Shown here: in pieces, positions 13,405 through 26,901 of the stretch
Position numbering within the stretch: position 1 is the first letter of the stretch
Layout: every line of letters starts with the position of its first letter
Assembly: GCA_964016885.1 (NCBI GenBank)
Contig: OZ024761.1
Location: 18,786,001 to 18,850,000, forward strand
Reading direction: 5' to 3'
Source: Eledone cirrhosa
Lineage: Eukaryota
DNA: 64,000 nucleotides
The notes under the pieces: generated by a model
Told to the model about the DNA's origin: nothing
The model's database searches: none
Seen by the model: only the letters and a program-made list of their open reading frames with translations
Program-made: the position numbers and the translations under genes

Positions 13405-15254
13405 TGATAGTTATATCCGCTGGGGACCATTTCTGCTTATTTTAATGTGCTTATATTTATTTGAACTAGCACAATAAATAATTTTATGTAAGAACCTTTG
13501 TTAAGTTATGTTCCAAACACAAGCTTGATAATGGTAACGTTAGGCTATATATTATTATTAAATTCTCTCCAAATTCTTGATTATTTTCAAAATTATTTGA
13601 AAATTATAGACAGTATCTTTTATTAGAAATATGGTAAGGGAAGGATTAAAGTGTTTATATTTATCTAAAATACCTTCCATTATTTTATATAAGAACTTTT
13701 GTTAAGTTATGTTCCAAAAAACATTTTAATAACGAGAAAGTTATATTACTAAATCTCTTTAAATTCTTGATTATTTTCAAAATTATTTGAAAATCATAGG
13801 CAATGTCTTTCATTAGAAATATGGTAACGAAAGGCTAAAAGTGTTCGTATAAATATATCATAATTTTATGTAAGAACCCTTGTTAAGTAATGTTCAAAAG
13901 ACCAGCTTAATAATCAGAAAGTTAGTTATATTAATAAATAGCACCAAATTATTGACGGTTTTCGAAACCATAGGCAGTGTCGGTCTTTCATTAGAAGATC
14001 AAATGCTGACCTCTAAACAATTATTTATTTTAATTTTGACTTTATTTTTCATTTCATTATTTCGTTCAAGTGCAGCATCATTAATTATAGATTTGGCTAG
14101 ACTTTGCAACGACACCAAGCAGGCTTAGCTAGCAAGCCAGCAACTAACGACGTTTGCAGTTTGTCAAGCAATTAAAAAGAGAAAGCAGGAAAAAAGACGT
14201 GTGTGGGTTGAGACAGACGGTTAAACAACACCATTATAATATATATAATAAAATGCAGAGTTAGTGTTATGTTACAAAATACTTCTGCAGAGAACTGACA
14301 CATTTAAAAAAATAAATATATATATATATATTATATAAAAATATATATATATATTTATATATATAAATATACAAGGCGGCAACTGACTGCTTGACTACAA
14401 GAAATAAGGAAGGAAGTCTATATCATAAATATTACAGCCGTTACATATAGAATCGGGACGTTATTCAATACTCCAATATATTGGAATCGAACGGTGGAAG
14501 TGGGAAAGTGATGTTCTGTTAGACAAAAATAAATTATATATATATATATATCCGTATATAGTTGACGACCGAGAGAAAAGAGTACCTAATACCGAAATAG
14601 AGTTTAAATATTCATTTTTATTAAGGCTAAATAGTGAGTCTTGCGACTCCAGAGTAACAAGACTCATCACTAGCGTCAATAAAATGTGTGCGTGTATGTA
14701 TGTATGTATGTATATATTGATGCTTCAGCAAAGCGAGTGTTCGCTTCGCTAAGCCACTTCGGGAAAGGTTTATGTTAGAAACAGCAGCTACACACAAAAA
14801 ATTACCAGAAATATTGAAAGAAAGACATAAAATTGCTCTAAACACCAGCCACACACCCTTAGACCCCATTCCCAGCAGATAAGATTTATATGAATTAAGT
14901 CAGGGTGACATATTTATTTTAAATCACATCAGTTTTGTCCATTAAAAAAGGTTGTGTGTTTGTTTTTCCAGTAAATCGGACCGTATGAGAAAGAGAAAAA
15001 AAATTTCTCCAACGAGATCCACAGTTAATGAAAATCCGTTAATAATATATTATTAATAGCTTTTCATAACATTGTTGTTGTTTTTTAATGTGGAAGACGG
15101 AACTGATACAATGCGTTTAGTACGAAGTCATCCATTTACTGTTTTTGAATTAATTATGAAGATTGGTGTGTTTATTTATTGATAACGGGCATGTGCGTGT
15201 ATGCGAGTGCGCGTTACCATTAATTAGTTATAGACCAGGTCAGCTCCGATGGAG

Positions 15255-15290
<36 letters not shown>

Positions 15291-15562
15291 GTGGTTGACG
15301 GACGAGAGAAAAGAGTACTCAATACCGGAGTAGAGTTTTAATATTCATTTTGTCTGATGTCCCTGTGATAAACAGGCGAAACTCTAGAGTAACAAGACTC
15401 ACTATTTAGCCTTAATAAAATGATTATATATATATATATATATAACAAAGGAATTGTGGTAAGGAACCAGATGGACCATAACGCACCAGAGTACTCAATA
15501 CTTAGGGTAGATGGTTGTTACGAAAGGTGAATAATTTTCGAAGATTTTTATATATGGCGAAA

Positions 15563-15614
<52 letters not shown>

Positions 15615-17604
15615 CTATAACAGAAGTCCGACAAGCTTTCGATTTCAGTGTCGGGCCAGACCGATAGAGATTGAACTTTGAGCTGATGAATCGCGAAACG
15701 CACGTCACTACTCAATAAACGTAATGAAGAACTAACGCTTCGTCCTTTTTATTATATATATATATATATATATATATAAAGAGATTGAACGATGTAGATT
15801 GCAAATGCACAAACGATCAATGTTGCTTTCTTTGAATTCTTATAGGAATTTCCCGATAGAAATCGCGGAGCGGGAGAATCAAAAGTTATTTTACCCCTGT
15901 CTACTGAAATATTTAAAACAAACGGACGAAATCAATAGAAATTAATTAGCGACAAAAATCACCCACTCCATACACACACAAAAACGTGTGAAGGCGGCCG
16001 GCGTACACACTGAATTAATTATTACAACAGGGGATGTTGGTGTTTCCTTCTAAATATTTTTGAGGCATGTCAAAATATTCACAGCATTGTCGTGGATAAT
16101 AGCGTAGCTGAGGTGCTAGAATAGCCAAGTACCCTGACCACGATCATTACTTGATATTTCAGTGAGATCTAAGACACTGGAATAGTCAAGCACCCTCACG
16201 AAGAAATAGCGGGACTGAGGCGTTGGAATAGCAAAGTACCCTCGCGATGAGATAGCATGGCAAAGAACTCCCATGATGGGATAGCGGGACTGAGGTGCTT
16301 GACTAGCCAAGTACCGCTTAAGTACTAATTAATATTGCCTGTACAGGTAATCAAAGTGTGTATACATTTTTTGGGTACACCCTGTATATATATATATATG
16401 TGTGTGTGTGTAAAAGTATCAAAGGAAACTTAATCTCCTTTCATCACGATATTGGATATATACATGTGTGTGTGTGTGTATAGCCTGATAATTCAGTAAT
16501 GCCAGATAGCAGGGTTAATGTACTGGAATAGGCAAACACTCTCATGAGGTGGTAACAGGATAACGACACCGGAATAGCTAAGTACCATCACGATTGAGCA
16601 TCATCGGGAGATAGCAAGGCACTGGAATAGCAAAGAACTTTTAAAAAGTCAATTATCATCATCATCAACAACAACAACAATAAACAATAACATTTACCGG
16701 TCGGCGAGTCTGACATCTTTCCTTCGGTACAAACAATAGTAGCAGCAACAACAACAACAACAACGACAACAGCAGCAGCAACAACAACAACTGCAGTAGC
16801 ACCTACAACATCAATTACTACTACAACAGCGTAATAGTTGAGAGTATTGTTAATGCTTTAAACGGTGAACGGCGAAAATGTGCTTCCTCTTGATAAAAGT
16901 GTTTTTTTAGTAGCACAACCACCGCTCTCTGAATTATATAGAGTACAGTAAGTAGTTGTTGAGTATAAATAATTCAATGTGGAGACAGATAGCAGGCGGT
17001 GAGTTAGCAGAGTCGTTAAAAACGTCGATTAGAATATTTTTGCGGTTTTCGATCCGGACCTTTGCGCCTCTGAGTTCAAGTCGCACCGAACCGAGGCCAA
17101 TTTTATCTTTTCTCCTTTCGAAGTCGATAAAAACTAAACGAGAAAAATACCAGTCAATCTCTGGGGTTCAATTCTTCCGCTATATTCCCCCACCCCTTTC
17201 TTTTTTTTTTTTCACTTCGTCTTTATCTCTCTCTCTCCTCTTTCTCTCTCCCCTTCTCTGAAGGAAATCGGCAGTGTTTAGATTTGAAGAGGGGGATGGG
17301 ATGGGCTCGGCTCCGCCACAAATTACGGGTTCATACATGTATACATAAACATTCTCTCCTGAGAGCAAACAAACACACACACATGCACACGCACCTTGCG
17401 GTCGTTGATATATATGTATGAGAGGGAAAGAATGTCTCTTCTTAGAACACGATGACCCTGTGATAAACAGACTAAACTCCAGAGTAACAAAACTCAATAT
17501 TTAGAGCCTTAATAAAACGAACACACACACCCACTCATATATATATGTATGTATACATTCGGGAAGGGGGGGGCACCTTATATATATATATATATACACA
17601 CTCA

Positions 17605-18362
17605 CATACACAGGGTGTCCCCAAAAAATGTATACACACTTCAACAGCCAAAAAAAGGCCTTAAAATAAATTCTGCTTTATGTATACATATATACTTGTA
17701 TGTATACATTTTGGGGGGACACCTTGTATATATATGTGTACACACATACACAGGATGTCCCCTAAAAATGTATACACATTTATAAATAAATTATGCTTTA
17801 TGTAATATATACATAAAGCATAATTTATTTTAAAGCATTTTTTTGGCAGTTGAAGTGTGTATACATTTTTAGGGGACATCCTGTGTATGTGTGTACACAT
17901 ATATACAAGGTGTCCCCCCAAAATGTATACATACAAGTATATATGTATGTATACATAAAGCAGAATATATACTTATATGTACATATATACTTGTATGTAT
18001 ACATTTTGCGGGGACACCTTGCTTTAAAATAAATTATGCTTTATGTATATATATGCTTATATGTACATATATACTTGTATGTCTTCATTTTGAGGGGACA
18101 CCTTGTATATATATGTGTGTACACACACACATACACAGGATGTCCCCTAAAAATGTATACATACTTCAACAGCCAAAAAAAAACGCATTAAAATATTAAA
18201 TTCAGTTTTATATACATAATTTAAATAATGTAAACATTTTTCGGTGTTTACATAGAATTGAATTATGTCTAGATAATTTTATTTTCAGGAAAGGCTAATA
18301 AATTCTAATAAATATTGCCTGTACAGGTAATCAAAGTGTGTATACATTTTTGGGGGACATCC
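17605..18362. mobile_element. Cluster of Tc1-like TIR remnants (CAGGGTGTCCC...ATGTATACAC) in mixed orientation; also 7626-7699 and 16330-16385
   Basis: Repeated cagggtgtccccaaaaaatgtatacacacttcaacagc and its reverse complement. Confidence 0.7.
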
Positions 18363-18596
18363 TATCCGTTTGAAAAAGCGACTACGGTTAGCGCGCACGA
18401 TACTACATACAATTGCCCAGTTCTTTATGTAGGTCAGTACAAGAAGTAGTGAAAGAAAAGAAAATATCTGTCTGTTCAGGAAACAAACGGCAGATTCTGT
18501 AAATATCCCCTGTAACGACTCGATTATATTTAGGGAGAGAGAGGGAACGACTGCCTTGTTTTTTCTTTATTTATTTTACTTTATATCATTTATATA

Positions 18597-18771
18597 CAGG
18601 TAAAATTCCGTTATAACGAATACCATTCTAACGAATTTTTCAGTATAACGAAATTTTTTTTAAATCCCGGCCACACGCTCGATGTGTTTGGTCGATCTCG
18701 TTATAAAGAATTTTTCGTTACAACGAATTTTGTTTACACCCCGTGAATTTCGTTATAACGGAATTTTACTG
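18597..18771. mobile_element. Tc1/pogo-type MITE (second, more diverged copy ~33639-33813)
   Basis: TA-flanked TIRs caggtaaaattccgttataacgaa / ttcgttataacggaattttactg. Confidence 0.8.
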
Positions 18772-19555
18772 TATATTTATTATTTAAAGTTTGATGAGGG
18801 TAGGGTCCATCGTCGGTTTCGGCGACGATGGACATTCACTGAAGAGTTCGGTCAACTGAACGTCCTAGCATTGCAAATTAAAACAAATATAATAGAAAAA
18901 GAAAAAAATTAGATTGAGAAGAAAGACTGGAGAGGGTAATGGGCTCTGGGCCCAGGGAGCTGTGATATTGGGGCTGCACCCCGCGAACAAGACTGCAAAA
19001 GCATTCCTGCAGACAGTGGCCAGTGACACCTACTGCAACAACCACACCCACACCCCACCTCGCGGGGCTCCTTCCTCAGGCAGCTGTATGGGGTCCAAGG
19101 ACGCCTGAGCTCTCGGCGGTGACTGGTGCGAAGAGGTTTTTTTAATATGTGGAACCTCAGTTCATGAACTTAATTCATTCCTGAAGGCCGTTTGTCACCC
19201 AAAATGTTTGTAAACCGAAACTATTTTTTCCCAGAGAGAAATACAGTGATAGAGAAAGAGAGACTGTGTATGGAAGACAGATAGATATCACCATAGTGAC
19301 ACTTTTCCACTGATACTCCCAGCTTGTCACCAACCGTTGTTGCCAGCTTGTGTGTTCATTAGTCAAGACAGCGTTCGTGAATCCAAACCTTATTTATGTA
19401 AAATTTGAAGTTGGTGAAAATTGTCAAAATATTGACCCAAAATATAAGCTGACCCCACCTCTTCTCCCACCAATTTTTTTTCATTTTTGGTTATGTATTC
19501 CTAGGCTTTATATTTGAGTATATACAGTATGTTGAATTAGGTTTTTAGATACATA

Positions 19556-20347
19556 CTAGCAGAATGGCCCGGCGTTGCTCGGGATTCTAAACATAGATCG
19601 GCATGTTTATCCCTCCTTTCTGAAACAATATTTGCTCTAGGGTTCTTATATATTTGATATATATTTATCCTTATCGAGCCTCGTGAAATAAATATGTTTG
19701 TTTATATTTTGTTATTGTTTATGCATAAATATCTGTACACGAATATATAATTATATATATATATATATTAAAATAACAGATTAAAGTTTAAGCAAAGAAT
19801 CGCTGCTTTCACCCTTAACGGGACCTTCTGAAACTAAAAAAAATCAATCTGTGAACGCAGAAGTAAATATTTCGAAAAACATTGCAACCGAAGGAAAACA
19901 AGAAGACGATACTTTGGCTCGTGAAGACGTTCCCTGGCAATGAACGGAAAATAGCAAAGATAATATCTCAGCAATGAGAACAATGTTTTCATAATGTCGT
20001 AATGCAGACAGCCAGACAGATATTATAAGGGCGCGAGGTTATAGCTATGTATCTATCTAAAGATAGCTGTTTAATTGCTGGTCACTCCATACACCCCTCC
20101 CCTAACTGACCTTCTCTTGTGTCTCTCCACCAGAGCTGTTTGTTAATTGACGGCCAACTAAGAAAGACAGAGAGATTGCTAACCAGCGTCTAATGCAGTC
20201 CCTAGGGCATTGAAAATTTGTAATATTTTTTGATCAAAACACTCACACGACCATAAGTATTACATGTGTAAAGTTTGAAAAAAATTGGTTGGGTGGTTCT
20301 CGAAATTTAGGGGGACAGACAGACAGACAGACATTCTCTGTTTTAGA
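19556..20347 (-). mobile_element. Non-autonomous Helitron-like element with (CTGT)n microsatellite and captured fragments, 57 bp downstream of the YDJC stop
   Basis: Minus strand: host A|TC 5' end at 20347, (CTGT)n near the 5' end, 3' hairpin CCCGAGCAACGCCGGG (19583-19568) 8 nt before CTAG|T (19559-19556); no target-site duplication. Confidence 0.75.
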
Positions 20348-20404
20348 TATAAATATAAACACTTTAAAGCAAACAGTTTTATATTGCAGAACCAGGTGAT
20401 AATT

Positions 20405-22186
20405 TCATGTGATTTTATGTGGAAAAAAGGTTTTAAAAGATGTCAGATTTATGTTATTTTTTTCATAAAAGTTCATCGAATTCATCTCTTTGAGAATGTT
20501 CATTTCATGTTGTCGATCCTTTGACTGGGAGAAATCATCAGGACCTTCCCCACACCCTCCGACACTGTTTGTTACATAACCAGGATGGACCATCAGCTCA
20601 CAAAACCATGGGCTCCTTCCAGCCGCAGTCTCTGCATTCTTCAACTGTTTATCTTTCAATGAGACCCGCACTGTATGGAATCGTTCCTCCAGGTTTCTGG
20701 CACTCATGTTGTATCCCATTGTACTCAAACCCAAGAATTCATCTGGAAAACTGGTAAAGAAACCACAGTGAAATATTCATTATTACTTCTTAACATACTG
20801 TCATGATTTAGCAGAAAATATCTAAAAACAAGTCTGTTAATTCATATGGTTATAGTATCATTATTAGTGGACTGGCCTTTCTGAGTTCAAATCCCGCCGA
20901 GGTTGACTTTGCCTTTCATCCTTACGGGGTCGATAAAATAAAGTACCAGTAATGTACTGGGTAATTGCTGGCCTTGTGCCAAAGGTAGAAACAATTATTA
21001 GTGGACTGGCAGTATCGGTAGAGGGTCGGACGCCATGCTTTCCACCATAGTTACGTCCCTTTACAATCTGAGTTCAAATCCCGCCGAGGTTGACTTTGCC
21101 TTTCATCCTTACGGGGTCGATAAAATGAAGTACCAGTAATGCACTGGCTGGGTATTTGCTGGCCTTGTGCCTAAAGTAGAAACAATTATTATGAGGGTCA
21201 GCTGAAAAGTTCATATACTGACCAAGACACTCTCATAATAATTGTTTCTACTTTTGGCACAAGGCCAGCAATTACCCCAGTGCATTACTGGTACTTTATT
21301 TTACCCCCCCCCCCATCCTCTCGTAAGGATGAAAGGTAAAGTTAACTGCAGTGCAGGGAGATTTGAACTCAGATCATAAAGGGTCATAACTCTATGCTGC
21401 AAAGCCTGTGTCTGAGTGTCTGATGCTTTACCGATACTGCCAAACCACCGCCCTCGCATAATAATTGTTTCTACTTTTGGCACAAGGCCAGCAATTACCC
21501 CAGTGTATTACTGGTACTTTATTTTATCGACCCCGTAAGGATGAAAGGCAAAGTTGACCTCGGCGGGATTCGAACTCAGAATGACAAGGGCTGTGTGTGA
21601 AAGCATAGTGTCCGACCCTCTACCGATACTGCCAATCCACCGCCCTACATACATACGAATATAATACCAGTCTAGTACTGAGGTCGATTCTTGCTCTCTC
21701 TCTCTCTCCCTCTCTCTGTCCTTTTCTGGAAGAAATCTGCTGTATTCATACCTGGGGAGGAGGTGGACTCTGTCAGGTTTAAAAATGCCCTAGAAACACT
21801 ATGTCAATACAGCACCCCTATGACTTCCTGCATGCAATTGAGAGGGATGACCCCACCACCACCACATAACAAAAATACTTACTAAATACCATTTTTCAGG
21901 CAGATGTCTTGAGATTGTAAGGAATCTCTGATTACACTTTGAAAGAAAGATGATGTCTCTGATAACCAGGAACAGGAAGTGAGATGTTTTTCATGGGGAA
22001 TTCTGGTGATGTTTATCTCATTAGAAGCCATTTGGGGAGCCAGAATCTTCATAACATCTATAAAAATCATAACCAAAAAAAAAAAAAAAAAAAAAAAAAA
22101 TTTAGAAATCAATGTAATTTTATTGAAAACATTCGATGTGTCAGGCTTTAGTGTCATTCTTCAGGAGTACAAAAATACAGACATGA

Positions 22187-22234
<48 letters not shown>

Positions 22235-25200
22235 TATTAAATAAAATACATGGTAAACTGGAGTATACCTTCCTCGTAAGTTGATCTTATTTTAAATAAT
22301 AATAATGAAATGATTGTGTACAGTGCTCAGGTGCACTACAACTCATCAAAGGTGTATGTATAGTACATAGAATAATATACAAACGTCAGGAAAGTGAACA
22401 GTGTATGAGTCATGATATACATGCGTGCATGTGTATGTAGTGGGGATATCAGGTGTAGTGTTGGCGAATTTCAAGAAGCATGGAGGTTTTAAAAGATGCA
22501 GTGTCTCGACAGCTAACAACTGATGCAGGTAGTTTGTTCCATGGAGGTTTTAAAGGATGCAGTGTCTCGACAGCTAACAACTGATGCAGGTAGTTTGTTC
22601 CATGGAGGTTTTAAAGGATGCAGTGTCTCGACAGCTAACAACTGATGCAGGTAGTTTGTTCCATGGAGGTTTTAAAGGATGCAGTGTCTCGACAGCTAAC
22701 AACTGATGCAGGTAGTTTGTTCCATGGAGGTTTTAAAGGATGCAGTGTCTCGACAGCTAACAACTGATGCAGGTAGTTTGTTCCATGGAGGTTTTAAAGG
22801 ATGCAGTGTCTCGACAGCTAACAACTGATGCAGGTAGTTTGTTCCATGGAGGTTTTAAAGGATGCAGTGTCTCGACAGCTAACAACTGATGCAGGTAGTT
22901 TGTTCCATGGAGGTTTTAAAGGATGCAGTGTCTCGACAGCTAACAACTGATGCAGGTAGTTTGTTCCATGGAGGTTTTAAAGGATGCAGTGTCTCGACAG
23001 CTAACAACTGATGCAGGTAGTTTGTTCCATGGAGGTTTTAAAGGATCCAGTGTCTCGACAGCTAACAACTGATGCAGGTAGTTTGTCCATGGAGGTTTTA
23101 AAGGATGCAATGTCTCGACAGCTAACAACTGATGCAGGTAGTTTGTTCCATGGAGGTTTTAAAGGATGCAGTGTCTCGACAGCTAACAACTGATGCAGGT
23201 AGTTTGTTCCATGGAGGTGTTAAAGGTTGCAGTGTCTTGACAGCTAACAACTGATGCAGGGAGTTTGTTCCATGGAGGTTTTATAGGATCCAGTGTCTTG
23301 ACAGCTAACAACTGATGCAGGGAGTTTGTTCCATGGAGGTTTTAAAGGATCCAGTGTCTTGACAGCTAACAACTGATGCAGGGAGTTTGTTCCATGGAGG
23401 TTTTAAAGGATGCAGAGTCTTGGCATCTAACAACTGATGCAGGGAGTTTGTTCCATGCTTCAGCATATCTGAGCGTGAAAAAATGTTTCCGAAAGTCATG
23501 GGAACTGTGCTGTTTTCTGACTTTGTGGGCATGTCCACGGGTGTTAGACACATGGAATTCAAAAAGTTGCTCAGGGTTGTTGTTGGCAAGATGGTTAATA
23601 ATTTTGTGGGTATTTATCAAGTCAGTTGCCAGACGTCGGAGCTTCAATGTATCCATGCCCAGGGAAGCAAAGCGTTCAGCGTATGGTTGTTCATCAGCAA
23701 TCAAAAAGTCACTGATGGAGCAACATAAAATTAAATGTCTTTGCTGAAGGACCACATTGCTGGGAATTGGGCTTGTGAGCTTAGAGTCATAAACCAAACA
23801 CATTAACCACTTAGCCACAATGAACAGAAAGTGTTGTATTCTCACCTGGTATGATGTGAATATGTTGATGTCCATCAATGTGGACTGGTTTCTGACCAGT
23901 GAGACTCCCGAATATTCTAATTTGGTGTCCAATCTCCTCAGAAATCTACAGAACACGCCGGAAAAGATGTCAGTAGAGCATCAAAAAATAAAATAAAATA
24001 AATAAACTGATGAGGTGGAATAATGACGAAATACATTACTATCATCATCAGTATCATCAACATCATCATCACCACCACCATCACTATCAACATCATCATC
24101 ATTTTATAGTCTACTGGGTGCATTCTATTGTGACACCAGCAATTCCACTTTACAGCATGGCCTGGGTGCTTTTTTATCGTGGCACCAGCACTATCACTTT
24201 ACAGCATGGCTTGGGTGCTTTTTATTGTGGCACCAGCACTATCACTTTACAGCATGGCCTGGGTGCTTTTTATTGTGGCACCAGCACTATCACTTTACAG
24301 CATGGCTTGGGTGCTTTTTATTGTGGCACCAGCACTATCACTTTACAGCATGGCTTGGGTGCTTTTTATTGTGGCACCAGCACTATCACTTTACAGCATG
24401 GCTTGGGTGCTTTTTATTGTGGCACCAGCACTATCACTTTACAGCATGGCCTGGGTGCTTTTTATTGTGGCACCAGCACTATCACTTTACAGCATGGCTT
24501 GGGTGCTTTTTATTGTGGCACCAGCAATTCCACTTTACAGCACGGCCTGGGTGCTTTTTATTGTGACACCAGCAATTCCACTTTACAGCATGGATTGGGT
24601 GCTTTTTATTGTGACACCAGCAATTCCACTTTACAGCACGGCCTGGGTGCTTTTTATTGTGGCACCAGCAATTCCACTTTACAGCATGGCCTGGGTGCTT
24701 TTTATTGTGACACCAGCAATTCCACTTTACAGCACGGCCTGGGTGCTTTTTATTGTGGCACCAGCAATTCCACTTTACAGCATGGCCTGGGTGCTTTTTA
24801 TTGTGACACCAGCAATTCCACTTTACAGCATGGCTTGGGTGCTTTTTATTGTGGCACCAACTCTACCACTTTGCAGTATGGGCTGGGTGCATTTTATTGT
24901 GGCACCAGCACTATCACTTTACAGCATGGCCTAGGTGCTTTTTATTGTGGCACCAACTCTACCACTTTGCAGTATGGGCTGGGTGCATTTTATTGTGGCA
25001 CCAGCACTATCACTTTACAGCATGGCCTAGGTGCTTTTTATTGTGGCACCAACTCTACCACTTTGCAGTATGGGCTGGGTGCATTTTATTGTGGCACCAG
25101 CACTATCACTTTACAGCATGGCCTGGGTGCTTTTTATTGTGGCACCAACTCTACCACTTTGCAGTATGGGCTGGGTGCATTTTATTGTTGCATGAACACT

Positions 25201-26851
25201 ACTACTTTACAGCATTTTTTGAGTGCTTTTTATCACATACAAATAAATATGTATGTTGGAACATCTATTTGAAGATTTTAAGGTAAACTTTAACATAAAC
25301 AAGGCATCCTTACTTCTTCAAAATCTATTTGTCCACTGGAAATGGCTTCTCGAAATCCAAACTTGCCCCGAAAGAATCCTTTTTCATTTGTTAGTGTGTC
25401 GTACGTGGAGCCAATAGGGCAGCCTTCTGTTAAGTTCAGGTGAAGACCTAAAAGTTAGAGAAAGTTAGTGTCTTAGTGATGGGCTTATTAGGAACCAAAT
25501 CACCCCTATTGTATTACTGGTATTGATTTTATTGATGCTCTGTAAGTGTTAGGAAGGGTTTGCCTGTGACACTGATTTATTGAAATACACCCAGTACACT
25601 CTGTAAAGTAGTTGGTGTTAGGAAAGGCATCCAGCAGTAGAAACCAGGCCATGGGCTGTGCTACAGATTTATTAAAATGCACCCACTACACTCTGTAAAG
25701 TGGTTGGTGTTAGGAAAAGCATCCAGCAGTAGAAACCAGGTCATTGGCTGTGACACTGATTTATTAAAATGCACCCAATGCACTCTGTAAAGTGGTTGGT
25801 GTTATACATATATATGTAGAAACCAGGACAAAAACCAAGAGATTTGACTATGCCATGGATCTAAGACAATAGTAACTTAGTTTTTTTTTAAAAATAATAG
25901 AATACACCCAGTGCACTCTGTAAATTGGTTAGTGATAGGAAAGGCATCCAGCTGTTGAAATCAGAACCTATGTAAACGAGATTTCACAACTCCGGCCTAT
26001 CAGGGAGGACAGTAACTTCTTAGTTTTTTTAATGACAAAATGTACCCAGTACACTCTGTAAAGTTATTAGTGATGGGAAGAGCATCCAGCTGTAGAAACC
26101 GTGCTAAAAAAGTGTTCAAAAGACTCATTAGTTTTATCAAGGTCACACCCCCCTGTCTTAGTGATAGTGACACAATAAAATGCACCTAGTACACTCTGTA
26201 AAGTCTTTGGTGATAGGAAGGACACCCAGCTGTAGAACCCATGCTCAAACCAGAACATATGTAAGCAGGATTTAACCGCTTTGGCTTGCCTGGGAGCACA
26301 GTAACCCTGATTAAGTACTGACTTGGTTTGTGATGACCTATCCAACCCATACTGGCATGGAAAAACATGTTAACTGATGATGATGACGATGATGGTAATG
26401 ATGATGATACGGGAAAGGGGAAACAAAAGCAGAGCTACTGAAACGTGTTCAACAGCATACTGTCTTCCCAATGGTGCAAGCAAGGTGTTAGTTGTACCTT
26501 ATCATGGTGCCTATTCCTAATTAGGCGTACGGAGCCAGCCAGAAACGTACAAATAAGTAAGTGCCTTGCCTCCAAGTGGAATACAGTATAATGCAGATGT
26601 CATTGTGCTACATACCGAGCGTCTCGCCACAAGCGATTCTTCAGACAACATTGAAAGATCGTTGGTAGTGAGCTATTCGGTAGAAAGCGATGGAATGACT
26701 TACGTGTGTGTGTGTGTGTGTAGGACTAGCGTCCGAAACGTTAAGACCCTCTTCCTGTTATTTCAAGCGTTAAACTAATATATTCCTTCCATATACTGTA
26801 CCGATTGTGTTGTCATTTCTGTTTACCTTTTAAATACATATACACACACAC

Positions 26852-26901
<50 letters not shown>

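Noticed and set aside
14050-14470. ASL promoter or non-coding first exon
   Set aside because: An upstream exon must exist (acceptor at 9959) and this region is plausible, but no diagnostic signal fixes its position.
23366-23956. 196-aa ORF as one gene
   Set aside because: Chimeric reading across YDJC exon 3 (in a different frame), intron and a LINE fragment.
24010-25272. 420-aa ORF with 16-aa repeats
   Set aside because: Product of a 48-bp SINE-related minisatellite antisense within a YDJC intron; several frames are open and there is no gene context.
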